Below, one piece after another: positions 1 through 11,667 of a DNA stretch of 63,057 nucleotides. Origin of the DNA: Mycobacterium sp. (GTDB lineage Bacteria; Actinomycetota; Actinomycetes; Mycobacteriales; Mycobacteriaceae); assembly GCF_049585075.1 (NCBI RefSeq), contig NZ_JBAUZA010000273.1, positions 1 to 63,057 on the forward strand. The letters are read 5' to 3'. Every line of letters starts with the position of its first letter. Within the stretch, counting starts at the first letter, position 1. Under the pieces are notes generated by a model. It searched no databases, was not told where the DNA came from, and saw only the letters and a list, made by a program, of their open reading frames with translations. A program made the position numbers and the translations under genes.

Positions 1-1149
1 ACCGATCTCGACAAGATCGAGCAGAACACGCGGATCCTGGTTGATCGGCTTGCCTTAACGGGCATCCGGGTCACCGGGATCACCAAGGCCGTGTTGGGCT
101 CGCCGGGAGTCGGCGCGGCGATGCTGCGCGGCGGCGCCCGCGGCCTCGGTGATTCCCGGGTGCCGAACCTCGCCCGGCTGGCCGGGCTCGACCCAACGCC
201 GCTACGCACGTTGATCCGCTCACCCATGCTCAGCCAAGTGGCACGGGTCGTTGAGGTCGCCGACGTCAGTCTGAACGCCGACGCCGTCGTGCTGGCGGCG
301 CTCAATCACGCTGCGTCCCAGCAGAAGCGGACGCACGCCGTCGTGCTCATGCTCGAGCTGGGTGACCTACGCGAGGGCATTGCGCTCGCCGACGCCCCCG
401 AGGCCGTGCGGACCGTTCTCGGTCACACCTCCCTCCGGCTCGTCGGGCTCGGCGCCAACCTCGCTTGTCAGAACGGTGTCATGCCCGACGACCGGAACAT
501 GGGCATCCTCACCGGGCTCGCGGACGACATCGAGGCGCTGCACGGGATCTCTCTCGACGTTGTCTCAGGCGGCAACTCGGCGAACCTGACCTGGGCTCTG
601 CACACCCACGACGTCGGCCGGATCGACGATCTCCGACTCGGCGAAGCCATCCTTCTCGGCGTCGATCCGCTGTACCGGACACCGATCCCCGGCCTGCACA
701 CGGACGCCTTCACCTTGACCGCCGAGGTCATCGAGGTCGCCATGAAACCGGCTCAACCCTGGGGAGATCGTGCTCAGGCGGCCTTCGGCAAGGCGCCGGT
801 CCGCACCGGCAGCAGGACCGTGCACCAAGCAATCCTTGCCCTCGGTCGCCAGGACGTGGACCCCGACGGTCTGCAGCCACCCGAGGGCATCACGATCCTC
901 GGGATGAGCAGCGACCACCTGGTGGTCGACCTCGGCGATCACCCTGTCGCGGTCGGCGACGAGATCGACTTCGGTGTCGGCTACGGCGCACTCGTGCGGG
1001 CGATGACCTCGCCCTTCGTCACCAAGGTCGAGCACCTCGGCCGTTCCGTCGCACCCGAGGCGACCCACGTGCCAACACCGATCCAGGTTTCGACCCCCCG
1101 CTCGGTGCCGGACCCCGATGCCGGTGGCGACCTGCCTTCCCCATCTTGA
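1..1149 (+). CDS. Alanine/ornithine racemase-family PLP-dependent enzyme (5'-truncated by window edge)
   Basis: Frame open from base 1 (DLDKIEQN...GITKAV with PLP lysine); ELGDLREG, SGGNS, RLGEA and GMSSDH motifs of fold-type III PLP enzymes. Confidence 0.85.
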   Translation, partial: TDLDKIEQNTRILVDRLALTGIRVTGITKAVLGSPGVGAAMLRGGARGLGDSRVPNLARLAGLDPTPLRTLIRSPMLSQVARVVEVADVSLNADAVVLAALNHAASQQKRTHAVVLMLELGDLREGIALADAPEAVRTVLGHTSLRLVGLGANLACQNGVMPDDRNMGILTGLADDIEALHGISLDVVSGGNSANLTWALHTHDVGRIDDLRLGEAILLGVDPLYRTPIPGLHTDAFTLTAEVIEVAMKPAQPWGDRAQAAFGKAPVRTGSRTVHQAILALGRQDVDPDGLQPPEGITILGMSSDHLVVDLGDHPVAVGDEIDFGVGYGALVRAMTSPFVTKVEHLGRSVAPEATHVPTPIQVSTPRSVPDPDAGGDLPSPS

Positions 1150-1218
1150 GTCGTTTGATCCGCCGACGCTCCGTGTGGCGATGTCGCCCAGTTTCCGTAT
1201 CGAGCCTTCGCTGATATT

Positions 1219-1235
1219 AGTCAGCTACAATGACT
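1219..1235. promoter_or_regulatory. Putative MarR operator AGTCA-N7-TGACT
   Basis: Palindrome upstream of marR; same motif recurs at 1954-1970 and 1974-1994. Confidence 0.55.
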
Positions 1236-1415
1236 TTTGTAGTCATAGAGTAGTACCGACGGAAAACGGTGCGAAGTCACAGAAGCGCATAGATGAAGAC
1301 TGCGGAACGCAGCGCGCGCCCCGCTGCGATCGTGTCGGCAGGGATCTGCCTCGGCAGCGTGGACGTAGGGTGTGCACCTCATGGGAGCAGGTGGGCGGTG
1401 GAGCCGGAGAACGGT

Positions 1416-1859
1416 ATGGACGACGAGCAGCCGGTTGATCTAGGGGTGGCCTTGTTCATCCCGTATCGGTACATGGAGGATCGGATCTTTCGGGCCATTC
1501 AGGACGCCGGGTTCGACGACTGGACCCTGGCCCAGGCCCGGGTGTTTCAACGCATCGCCCCGGACGGTTCGCGTCTCACGGAGCTCGCTGATCAGGCCCA
1601 AATGAGTAAGCAGAGCGCCGGCGTGCTGGTCGATCAACTGGAACGCTTAGGATATGTCCGCCGGGTCCTCGACCCGACCGATGGGCGCGCCCGGTTGATC
1701 GTGATCGAAGAACGTGGCCGCCGAGCCGCCCAGGTGGCCGTCGCGACATCGGCCGAGATCCTCGCGGAGTGGAAGGCCTACCTGGGCACCCGCAACTTCA
1801 CGTTGTTGCACCAGATCCTGGATCAATTCCGCGAGATCACCGACCCCTACCAGCGGTAA
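1416..1859 (+). CDS. MarR family transcriptional regulator
   Basis: GSRLTELADQAQMSKQSAGVLVDQLERLGYVRR...DGRARLI winged HTH; ATG at 1416 after GGAGA. Confidence 0.9.
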   Translation: MDDEQPVDLGVALFIPYRYMEDRIFRAIQDAGFDDWTLAQARVFQRIAPDGSRLTELADQAQMSKQSAGVLVDQLERLGYVRRVLDPTDGRARLIVIEERGRRAAQVAVATSAEILAEWKAYLGTRNFTLLHQILDQFREITDPYQR

Positions 1860-1945
1860 ACCCGGCCGCGCTGAGCCGTCCGCCCCCGACCCCCGTTCGC
1901 CCGAGCCGCCGGAGCCAGCGGACGACAGCAGGCTTCGACTCCGCC

Positions 1946-1994
1946 TTGACAGTAGTCAGCTTTGTTGACTAGTATCGTCAATGATCCTGACGAT
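1946..1994 (+). promoter_or_regulatory. SigA-like promoter (TTGACA-N18-TAGTAT) overlapped by two GTCA-N7-TGAC operators
   Basis: TTGACA 1946-1951, TAGTAT 1970-1975; palindromes 1954-1970 and ATCGTCA-N7-TGACGAT 1974-1994. Confidence 0.65.
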
Positions 1995-2088
1995 TTCCGG
2001 TGATGGACGGGGCGGTTGCCGCGATGCAGGGTTGAAAAACACCGCGCACCAGCACGCCCAGGCATCCCTCAATAGAAAGCGAAATATT

Positions 2089-2721
2089 ATGAAGTTTCTT
2101 GTCCTTGGAGCAACCGGCCGCACCGGCGTCCCCTTCGTCAAAAAGGCACTCGACCAGGGCCACCAGGTCACCGCCCTCGTTCGGCGGGCCGACGCCACCG
2201 TTGACCCGCGCGCTCAAATCGTCAGCGGCGACGTCACCGACGCGGCCGTGATCGCGACGGCAGCCCAAGGCCACGACGCGGTCATCAGCACGCTCGGGGT
2301 CAAAAACGTTCGCGAAACCCCGACGCTGATCACGGACACAGTCCGCGCCGTCATCGCGTCCGCGAAAACGTCAGGAGTCGATCGCTTCGTCGTCGTCTCC
2401 GCGTTCGGAGTCGGCGACTCTCTTGCCAAGGCATCATTTCTGGCTGGCCTGTTCTTCCGCACAGCGCTGCGCAAAAAATACTCCGACAAAGCCGCGTCGG
2501 AAGTTCTCTTGACTGCGAGCGATCTGAAATGGACCCTCGAATACCCTGGGGCGTTGAACAACCGGGACAGCAGCCGATACACCGCTACCGTGCTCGAGAA
2601 TGTCACAAAACTGCCGATCCTCCCCTCAACATCCCGCGCAAACGTCGCCGATTTTCTCCTTCACTCCGCCGTGGAAAACACCTTCATCCGTCAGATCGTC
2701 GTCGTCACCGACACCAAATAA
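2089..2721 (+). CDS. NAD(P)H-binding oxidoreductase (atypical SDR, flavin reductase-like)
   Basis: MKFLVLGATGRTG Rossmann start, VTALVR, YSDK, SRANVADF. Confidence 0.85.
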   Translation: MKFLVLGATGRTGVPFVKKALDQGHQVTALVRRADATVDPRAQIVSGDVTDAAVIATAAQGHDAVISTLGVKNVRETPTLITDTVRAVIASAKTSGVDRFVVVSAFGVGDSLAKASFLAGLFFRTALRKKYSDKAASEVLLTASDLKWTLEYPGALNNRDSSRYTATVLENVTKLPILPSTSRANVADFLLHSAVENTFIRQIVVVTDTK

Positions 2722-2729
2722 GTCACCGA

Positions 2730-2935
2730 TGCCTTGATCGCACACAGATACAGCTTGCCCTCACGTGTCGGATGCTCGGTAATATCGCTCAGCCACAACT
2801 GATTTGGGCCATGGGCGCTAAAGTCCCGCTCCACTAGATCGTCATGCACCGGTGGACCGACCTTGCCGTTCTTGCCGCGCTTCTTGCCGAACACGCTCCA
2901 CAACCGGTGGGTCGAGACGGCGACCTGCTCGGACG
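2730..2935 (-). mobile_element. IS3-family transposase fragment
   Basis: HDDLVERDFSAHGPNQLWLSDITEHPTREGKLYLCAIK is the start of the IS3 OrfB DDE domain, broken at both ends. Confidence 0.85.
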
Positions 2936-3059
2936 TAAGGAGCACCTCGAATCTGCATGCGAGGAAAGCCTCGACGACCAGATCGCGCTGGTCGCCTTCC
3001 ACCTCGATTCCGTGTTCGCCCAGAGCCCCGAATAGACAGAGACAACATCAGCCCGGGCC

Positions 3060-3390
3060 TCAACCGGTCACGTCACGCCCGATGAGCTGGCGAGCGATCA
3101 CCCATTGCAGCACCTCGTTGGCCCCCTCGAAGATCTCCAGGATCTTCGCGTCGCGGTAGATTTCTTCCAAACGGAAGGTCTCGCCAGTCGCCGCCACCTG
3201 GCGGGCAAATCCGTAGCCGCCGTACACCTGGATGGCGTCGCGCGCTAGATCTCCCGCCAACCGCGTCGCAAATGTCTTGGCCATCGAGGCCTCGGGCTCG
3301 GCTACGCGCTCACCGGCGTCGACCCGCAGGGCAGCCTTCTGGAGCCGCCGCACCCCCGTGCTCATCCTCGCCACCACATACTCAGCAGCC
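3060..3390 (-). pseudogene. Acyl-CoA dehydrogenase C-terminal remnant
   Basis: EASMAKTFA...AIQVYGGYGF...YRDAKILEIFEGANEVLQWVIAR; N-terminal two-thirds absent. Confidence 0.8.
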
Positions 3391-3431
3391 ATCACATCGA
3401 CCCCGCCACAAACTACTGGCGCAACCAACAG

Positions 3432-3455
3432 AAAAACCCCGGCCGATGGCCGGGG
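3432..3455 (-). terminator. Intrinsic terminator downstream of tRNA-Ala
   Basis: Minus strand CCCCGGCC-ATC-GGCCGGGG followed by TTTTT. Confidence 0.7.
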
Positions 3456-3513
3456 CAACCTGTCACCAATGACGCGACTCAGGTGTAACCCATGACTCGA
3501 CTCGTCACATGAG

Positions 3514-3586
3514 TGGAGCTAAGGGGACTCGAACCCCTGACCCCCACACTGCCAGTGTGGTGCGCTACCAGCTGCGCCATAGCCCC
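3514..3586 (-). tRNA. alaU: tRNA-Ala(GGC)
   Basis: Reverse complement GGGGCTATGGCGCAGCTGGTAGCGCACCACACTGGCAGTGTGG...GGTTCGAGTCCCCTTAGCTCCA; GGC anticodon, G3:U70 pair. Confidence 0.97.
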
Positions 3587-3652
3587 AGATGTTGTGCCCA
3601 TCGAAGCTACACCACGGCCTGCCCGCCTTCAAAGTCGCTGATCAGGGCGCGT

Positions 3653-4888
3653 CTAGCGCAGCGGGTCGAATTCGGAAAGGCCCGGCGGTTGCTTGCCGGT
3701 GGCGATCTGCTCGGCCAACAGCCGGGCGGTCGCCGGGCCCTGCTTCATGCCCCACATGCCGTGCCCGCCCGCGACGAAGACGCGGTTCTGCACGACTGCC
3801 CCCACCAGCGGGCGCCCGTCGGGACTCAACGGGCGCGGACCTACCCATGTCTCGTCGCGCTCCGCCCAGCGAACCCCTTCGAAGAACGGGCCCGCCAAGT
3901 CGACGATGGCATCAATAACGGCGGCAGACGCGGGGGCTTCGGGACGACGTAACTCCATCATGCTGGTGACCCGCAGCTTGCCATTCAACGGCGTGCACGC
4001 CACCCGCACATCCGGCAGATAAATCGGGCCAAATATCGGGCGCTCCACCGGCACCGTGAAGGAGTAACCACGCCCGGCCTGCACTGGAACCCGAACCCAG
4101 CGGCGTACCAATCCCGGCAGCCATGCACCGGTCGCGATGACCGCCACCTCGGCCGTCAGCGCCGGACCACCATGGGCATGCACAGCGACGCCGTTCGCGA
4201 CCGTCTGCACGTCGGCGACGTCCACGGTCTCCAGTGCCGCGCCCCGTTCGACGACCGAGCGGCCCAGCGCCTGCACGAACCGTCCGGGGTCGACGAACCG
4301 CTGGCCGTCGATGCGGACACCGACCGTCACCGCGCTCGAGGCCAGCGGCACCTGCTCACGCAACTCCGAACTGGTCAACTCCGTTGTGGAGCTCGGCTGG
4401 CCGGCCTCGTGTAAACGCTGAAACTGTTCCAGCAGGTGTTCGGCCTCTGCCGACGTGCGGAACAACGCGGTGATCGGCGCGTCGATAATCGGCGCGTTCA
4501 CACCGTTGGACACCAGCATGTCGTAGGCCGCTATGCACTCTTCGTTGAGCGTCAGGTTCGCCCGCACTGCTCGTCGCCATGACGACTCCCGGCAATTCAG
4601 CGCGAACCGGAACAAGAATTTCCACAGGACCGGATCGGTGCTCGGCGAAATATGCACGGGTGCATCGTGATTCGGCAATGACCGCAACGCGTATCGCAAT
4701 GTTCGAGGGTCGTTGAGCGGAATGCTCAGCGCGGGAGCAATCCACCCGGCGTTACCCCAGGAGGCGCCCGCCGCTACGCCGGTGCGGTCCACCACCGTCA
4801 CTGAGACGCCGCGTTCTTGCAGAAACCATGCCGTCGACAACCCCACGATGCCAGCGCCCACCACGATCGCCGATCGCGGTTCAACCAT
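3653..4888 (-). CDS. FAD-dependent D-amino acid dehydrogenase/oxidase family protein
   Basis: VVGAGIVG, ASWGNAG, GRGYS, WVGPRPLSPDGRPLVG, GHGMWG. Confidence 0.9.
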   Translation of the reverse strand: MVEPRSAIVVGAGIVGLSTAWFLQERGVSVTVVDRTGVAAGASWGNAGWIAPALSIPLNDPRTLRYALRSLPNHDAPVHISPSTDPVLWKFLFRFALNCRESSWRRAVRANLTLNEECIAAYDMLVSNGVNAPIIDAPITALFRTSAEAEHLLEQFQRLHEAGQPSSTTELTSSELREQVPLASSAVTVGVRIDGQRFVDPGRFVQALGRSVVERGAALETVDVADVQTVANGVAVHAHGGPALTAEVAVIATGAWLPGLVRRWVRVPVQAGRGYSFTVPVERPIFGPIYLPDVRVACTPLNGKLRVTSMMELRRPEAPASAAVIDAIVDLAGPFFEGVRWAERDETWVGPRPLSPDGRPLVGAVVQNRVFVAGGHGMWGMKQGPATARLLAEQIATGKQPPGLSEFDPLR

Positions 4889-4901
4889 CGCCGAACCTCC
4901 C

Positions 4902-6163
4902 TCAGGCCAGCTCCGACGCGGCCCCTGTCTCCCACGCCTCGGACGCCGACTGGCCCGCTACCCGCGTTTCCGGGGCAAACATCCAGCCCACACCGGCGGC
5001 GAGCAGGACGATCCCGCTGATCGCAAACCCCCAGCCGAAGCTCAGGTGCTGGGCGATCTGACCCACCGCCATCGCGCCGACGACAGCACCCAGATCGAGC
5101 ATCATCTGAAACGTCGCCACCGCGGTACCCGTGCGTGCCACGCTGCCCAGGATGTCGGCGACCGCGGCCTGCTGCGGTGAGGCGAAAACGCCCGAGGTCG
5201 CGCCTCCAACGAACGCCGCAACGAGGAAGACGGGCACCGACGACGACGCGCCCAACCAGATGGTCGCCAGGCCGCAGGCAAGGAGCCCGTAGATCAGCAG
5301 GGCGCGACGGCCGATCCGGTCGGACAGATGACCACTGGGCAGCACCACGATGAGGTTGCCGAGCGCGAAGACCCCTAACGCCAAACCCGTCATCCGCGGC
5401 CCGCGGCCCAACACGTCGGAGATGAACAGCGGCACCACCGCCAATCGCACTCCGAATACCGCCCAGCCCGTCGCGAAGTTGGACAGCAACGCCGAGCGGT
5501 ACGCACGGTGCCGAAGCGCGGCACGAACCGTCACTGCCGACTCGGTCTGCTCGGCGGGCACGCCAAGCGTGGACCGCCGCAAGCTATACGCCACCACGAT
5601 TGCCGTGATCATTACGGCCACGCCGTAGATCAGAAACGGCGCCCGCAGCCCAAGGCCCGCGGTGAGGCTGCCCACGAGCGGGCCGGCGACCGAGCCGATC
5701 AGAAACGAGGTCGCGAACAGCCCGGCGACCCTACCGCGCGCGTCGGGCGGGCTGATCCGGATCATCAGACCCAGCGCAGAGATGGAAAACAGCGTCGATC
5801 CGGCACCGCCGATCGCGCGGAATAGCACCAGCTGCCAATAGTTTTGGACGAATGCCGACACTCCAGTGGACGCCGCTACGATCAGCAACCCGGCCAGGTA
5901 GACCCACCGCTCCCCCAACCGCTGCACCAGCAGGCCAGTGGGCGGCGCGAAGCAAAGCCGCATCACCGAGAACACGATGATCGCGAAAGTCACCGCACCC
6001 ATGCCAACCCCGAACGTGCGGGCAAAGACCGGCAACACCGGCGACACCACACCGTAGCCAAGCGCGGCCACCACATTCGCCGCGATCAACACCCAGGCTT
6101 CGCGCGGTAGCCTCGTCGGATTGCGACTCCAACCGCCAAAGCGGGCGCGTCGAGTGGCGAGGG

Positions 6164-6167
<4 letters not shown>
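4902..6167 (-). CDS. MFS transporter
   Basis: About 12 hydrophobic segments, GHLSDRIGRR motif A. Confidence 0.9.
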
Positions 6168-7807
<1,640 letters not shown>

Positions 7808-7845
7808 GACACCAATTCTGCCGATGTCCCGCATACGCTGCTTGG

Positions 7846-8241
7846 GTGCCCGGTCACGACTACCGCGAGTTGGCCGCCGTGTTCGCCGGTGGCGCGCTGG
7901 GCACCGCGGCGCGCACCGGCCTGAGCAGCCTGATGGTCGCCGACCCGACCCGCTGGCCTTGGCCGACGTTCACCGTCAACATTGTGGGCGCGTTCCTGGT
8001 GGGCTATTTCACGACGCGCTTGTTGGAGCGGTTGCCGTTGTCGAGCTATCGCCGGCCCCTGCTCGGGACGGGGCTGTGCGGCGGGCTGACGACTTTTTCG
8101 ACGATGCAGGTCGAGACGCTGAAGATGATCGAGAACCACTGCTACGGCCTGGCCGCCGGATACACCGCCGCCAGCATCCTGTTGGGGTTACTGGCGGTGT
8201 ATCTGGCCACCGCGGTGGTGCGCCGGGTACCGGTACGCTGA
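7846..8241 (+). CDS. crcB: Fluoride channel Fluc/CrcB
   Basis: [23 protein letters not shown]. Confidence 0.93.
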   Translation: MPGHDYRELAAVFAGGALGTAARTGLSSLMVADPTRWPWPTFTVNIVGAFLVGYFTTRLLERLPLSSYRRPLLGTGLCGGLTTFSTMQVETLKMIENHCYGLAAGYTAASILLGLLAVYLATAVVRRVPVR

Positions 8242-8600
8242 TGCTGCTCTGGCTGGGCGTGCTGGTAGCCGGCGGCCTCGGGGCGGTGCTGCGGTTTCTG
8301 GTGGACCGCGCAGTTGCCCGACGGGCGGCGCGGTCGTTCCCGTTGGGAACGCTCGCGGTCAACATCAGCGGCGCCGCGCTGCTCGGCCTGCTCAGCGGCC
8401 TGGTGTTGAGCAGGCACGCCGCGCTGCTCGCTGACACCGCGTTCATCGGCTCCTACACCACGTTCTCCACCTGGATGCTGGAAACCCAGCGGCTCGGTGA
8501 GGAGCGTCAGGTTCGCGGCGCGGTCGCCAATCTCGTCGCCAGCATCGTCTTGGGTATTGCCGCCGCGCTGCTCGGGCAGTGGATCGCGGGTCGGCTATGA
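8241..8600 (+). CDS. crcB: Fluoride channel Fluc/CrcB (second subunit)
   Basis: GGLGAVLRF, FPLGTLAVN, GSYTTFSTW; TGATG overlap with upstream gene. Confidence 0.93.
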   Translation: MLLWLGVLVAGGLGAVLRFLVDRAVARRAARSFPLGTLAVNISGAALLGLLSGLVLSRHAALLADTAFIGSYTTFSTWMLETQRLGEERQVRGAVANLVASIVLGIAAALLGQWIAGRL

Positions 8601-9685
8601 ACCAGCCAAGTCTGAAGCTGACCACCTACTTCGGTGAGCGCCAGCGGGTGGTCACCGATCGTGCTCGGCGGCCTGGGTTTTTGGCCGACGCGATGCTGGA
8701 TCTCTTCGACACCCACGAACTCGCAACAAGCGTAATGCTGCGCGGCATCGCGAGTTTCGGGCTGCGGCATGTGCTGCGCACCGACGAGTCACTGAGCTTG
8801 TCCGAGGACCCGCCGGTGGCGATCGCCGCCGTTGATGTCGAATCGAAGATCACCGCCCTGGTCGACGACGTCGTCGCGATGACCGATCACGGACTGGTGA
8901 CGCTGGAACGCGCACGGCTGGTCGGTGGCGACGATGTGGTCGACAATGGCGCTGATGATGCCGTCAAGCTCACCGTTTACGTGGGACGACAAGAACGCAT
9001 CGGCGGCCTGCCCGCATACCGCGCGGTGTGCGATCTGCTGCATCGGCTCGAATTCTCCGGTGGTGCAGTGTTTTTAGGCGTCGACGGCACCGCGCATGGC
9101 GAGCGCTATCGAGCTCAGTTCTTCAGCCGCAACGTCAACGTTCCGCTGATGATCATCTCCATCGGGACGGCGGCGCAGGTTTCGGCCGCGGTCGCTGAGC
9201 TGAGCGTTGCGGCGCCAAACCCGTTGCTGACCGTCGAGCGGGTGCGGTTGTGTAAACGCGGCGGGGAGCTATTCGCGCGACCGCATCGGCTGCCCAACAC
9301 CGACGATCGACAACGGCCGCTCTGGCAGAAGCTGATGGTTCACACCAGCGAGGCCACCGGTCCTGGCGGCGTGCCGATCCACCGCGCACTCGTTCACCGG
9401 CTGCTGGACTCCGGAATGGCGCGCGGCGCGACTGTGCTGCGCGGCATTTGGGGATTTAACGGTGGCCAAAAACCTCACGGCGACAAGCTTTTTCAGTTGA
9501 CGCGACGCGTGCCCGTGGTAACGATCATCATCGATACGCCCGAGTGGATCGAGCGCAGCTTCGACATCGTCCACGAGTTGACGGCCGAGCACGGCGTTGT
9601 CACCAGCGAAATGGTCCCGGCGGTGATGTCCATCGCCGGGCCCGACCGCGACGGCGACACCCGGCTGGCGCGCTACGACTATTGA
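8597..9685 (+). CDS. DUF190 repeat (PII-like) protein, Rv3071-like
   Basis: Three repeats with LRGIASFG / FLGVDGT / LRGIWGF; ATGA overlap with crcB. Confidence 0.85.
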   Translation: MNQPSLKLTTYFGERQRVVTDRARRPGFLADAMLDLFDTHELATSVMLRGIASFGLRHVLRTDESLSLSEDPPVAIAAVDVESKITALVDDVVAMTDHGLVTLERARLVGGDDVVDNGADDAVKLTVYVGRQERIGGLPAYRAVCDLLHRLEFSGGAVFLGVDGTAHGERYRAQFFSRNVNVPLMIISIGTAAQVSAAVAELSVAAPNPLLTVERVRLCKRGGELFARPHRLPNTDDRQRPLWQKLMVHTSEATGPGGVPIHRALVHRLLDSGMARGATVLRGIWGFNGGQKPHGDKLFQLTRRVPVVTIIIDTPEWIERSFDIVHELTAEHGVVTSEMVPAVMSIAGPDRDGDTRLARYDY

Positions 9686-10042
9686 TCAGCCGCCTTTCAG
9701 CAGCGTTGCCAACACCGCGGCTTGACTGCCGTCCACCTCGCGGGTGGCGGTCACTAGAGTCACGTGCCCGCGCTTGGTGAGCTTGCGCAACTCGTCGAGC
9801 GCCTCGCTGCCCTGCAGCTCCTTGCGGTATCGCTTTGCGAATTCGTCGAACCGCTCGGGTTGGTGGTTGTACCACTCGCGCAATTCTTTCGACGGTGCAA
9901 CGTCTTTGAGCCATGTTCCCACCCGCGGATCGTCCTTACGGAATCCTCGCGGCCACAGCCGGTCCACCAGGATGCGCCGACCGTCGTCGGGGCTCGGATC
10001 GTCATAGACCCGAGCCACCCGGATTCGGCTCTCGGCGCTCAT
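9686..10042 (-). CDS. DUF488 family protein (Rv3073c-like)
   Basis: RVYD...DGRRILVDRLWPRG...WLKDVAPSKELREWY. Confidence 0.9.
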   Translation of the reverse strand: MSAESRIRVARVYDDPSPDDGRRILVDRLWPRGFRKDDPRVGTWLKDVAPSKELREWYNHQPERFDEFAKRYRKELQGSEALDELRKLTKRGHVTLVTATREVDGSQAAVLATLLKGG

Positions 10043-10179
10043 GCCGCCAGGGTAATCCTTGCTATCACCAGCCATACCTGCACCAGCAGCTGACCGTGCG
10101 ACGATGCTGATTTGGCTCATCTATCGGGATCGCGGTAGTCGCAGCGGGTTGACCCATTGCCTTCCGGCGTGGACCGTTT

Positions 10180-10202
10180 TTGTCGGTGGTGGCTGCGATG
10201 AT
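10180..10202 (+). promoter_or_regulatory. RecA-NDp (PafBC-type) DNA-damage promoter, probably leaderless
   Basis: TTGTCGGTG-N8-GATGAT versus consensus tTGTCRgtg-N8-TAnnnT; GTG start 6 nt after the -10. Confidence 0.55.
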
Positions 10203-10208
10203 GGCGTT

Positions 10209-11459
10209 GTGTCTTCGATCGCGTCCGCTGGCGCTGTGGTGGTGAGTCCTAGCGAGCGTCTTGAGGTGCTGTTTGAGGAGTTGGCGGAGTTGACCGGTCA
10301 GCGCAACGCGGTTGATGGGCGCATCGTTGAGATCGTGGCCGAGATCGATCGTGACCAATTGTGGGGCGCTACCGGTGCGCGGTCGGTGCCGGCGTTGGTG
10401 GCCTGGAAAACCGGCTGCTCGCCGGCAAACGCTCACACGATCACCACGATCGCCGGCCGGCTGCAGGAGTTCCCGCGCTGCGCCCAAGGCATGCGGGAGG
10501 GCCGACTGTCGGCCGATCAGGTCGGGGTCATCGCGGCGCGGGCCGGCGAGGGATCCGATGAGCATTACGCGGCGCTGGCGGCTTGTGCCACGGTCACTCA
10601 GCTGCGCACCGCGGTCAAGCTAGAACCGCGACCCGAACCCGAACCATCCCCCGAGCCCGAGTGCTCGATCACCACGACCGGCACCGAGCGGGGCAGCTGC
10701 TATCGGATCAGACTTGGCCACCATGACGCCGCGAAGTTCGACGCCGCGTTGGCGTCGCATCGTGATGCGCTGATCGCCCAGTGGAAACACGATCACGGCA
10801 GTGGCGAGGGCGCCCCAGATCTGCGGCCCCCGTTGCCTAGCGCCGCCGAGGCGTTTATGCGCCTGGTCGAGGCTGGTTGGGACGCCGAGGCCACCCGCCG
10901 CCCACACGGCCAGCACACCACGGTGGTGGTGCACCTCGACGTTGAGCAGCGTGCTGCGGCACTGCATTTGGGTCCGCTGCTGCCCGAGGCTGAACGTCGA
11001 TACCTGACCTGTGATGCCACCTGTGAAGTCTGGTTCGAACGTCACGGCGAGGTCATTGGGGCGGGGCGGGCGACCCGGCTGATCAATCGGCGGCTTCGCC
11101 GCGCGTTGGAGCATCGCGACCGCATGTGCGCGGTTCCTGGCTGTGGCGCCACCCGTGGTCTGCACGCCCATCACCTCCGGCACTGGGAAGACGGCGGCCC
11201 CACGGAGTTGGCCAACCTGGTGCTGCTATGCCCTTATCATCACCGGCTGCACCATCGCGGGGTCATCACCATCACCGGACCCGCAGACGCGCTCATCGTC
11301 ACCGACAACGCCGGCCGATCACTGAGCCCGGGATCGCTGGCGCGCCCGCCAACTCAACCTCCGCCCGCGGTGGCGCGCTGCCCGGGGCCCACTGGCGAGC
11401 GCGCCGACTGGTGGTGGTATGAACCCTTCCAACCCCAACCACCACCGACAAACAACTAG
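10209..11459 (+). CDS. DUF222/HNH endonuclease (13E12 repeat family, Rv1765c/Rv2015c-like)
   Basis: SPSERLEVLFEELAELTGQRNA N-terminus; CAVPGC...HAHHLRHWEDGGPTELANLVLLCPYHH HNH motif. Confidence 0.9.
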   Translation: MSSIASAGAVVVSPSERLEVLFEELAELTGQRNAVDGRIVEIVAEIDRDQLWGATGARSVPALVAWKTGCSPANAHTITTIAGRLQEFPRCAQGMREGRLSADQVGVIAARAGEGSDEHYAALAACATVTQLRTAVKLEPRPEPEPSPEPECSITTTGTERGSCYRIRLGHHDAAKFDAALASHRDALIAQWKHDHGSGEGAPDLRPPLPSAAEAFMRLVEAGWDAEATRRPHGQHTTVVVHLDVEQRAAALHLGPLLPEAERRYLTCDATCEVWFERHGEVIGAGRATRLINRRLRRALEHRDRMCAVPGCGATRGLHAHHLRHWEDGGPTELANLVLLCPYHHRLHHRGVITITGPADALIVTDNAGRSLSPGSLARPPTQPPPAVARCPGPTGERADWWWYEPFQPQPPPTNN

Positions 11460-11667
11460 CCTGGTTGCCGGGGCCGTCACTACCGGCAATGTGTTGAAAC
11501 TCAAACATGTTGGGGCATCAAAGAATTCGTTCATACTACCCGGCCGCCTACCGCGTCGTCGGCATCGTGGCCGACAACTCCGCAGCCCCTCACCAACACC
11601 CGCGGTGACAGTGCGCACTAATTTGAGCCAAGTCGGGGAACCTCGCCCTGAGACCATGCTGACTCTC

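Noticed and set aside
3514..3533. tRNA-Ala as the source of the repeated core
   Set aside because: It shares TGGAGCT and TCGAA but reads AAGGGGAC instead of GCCGGGAA between them; the core fits tmRNA.
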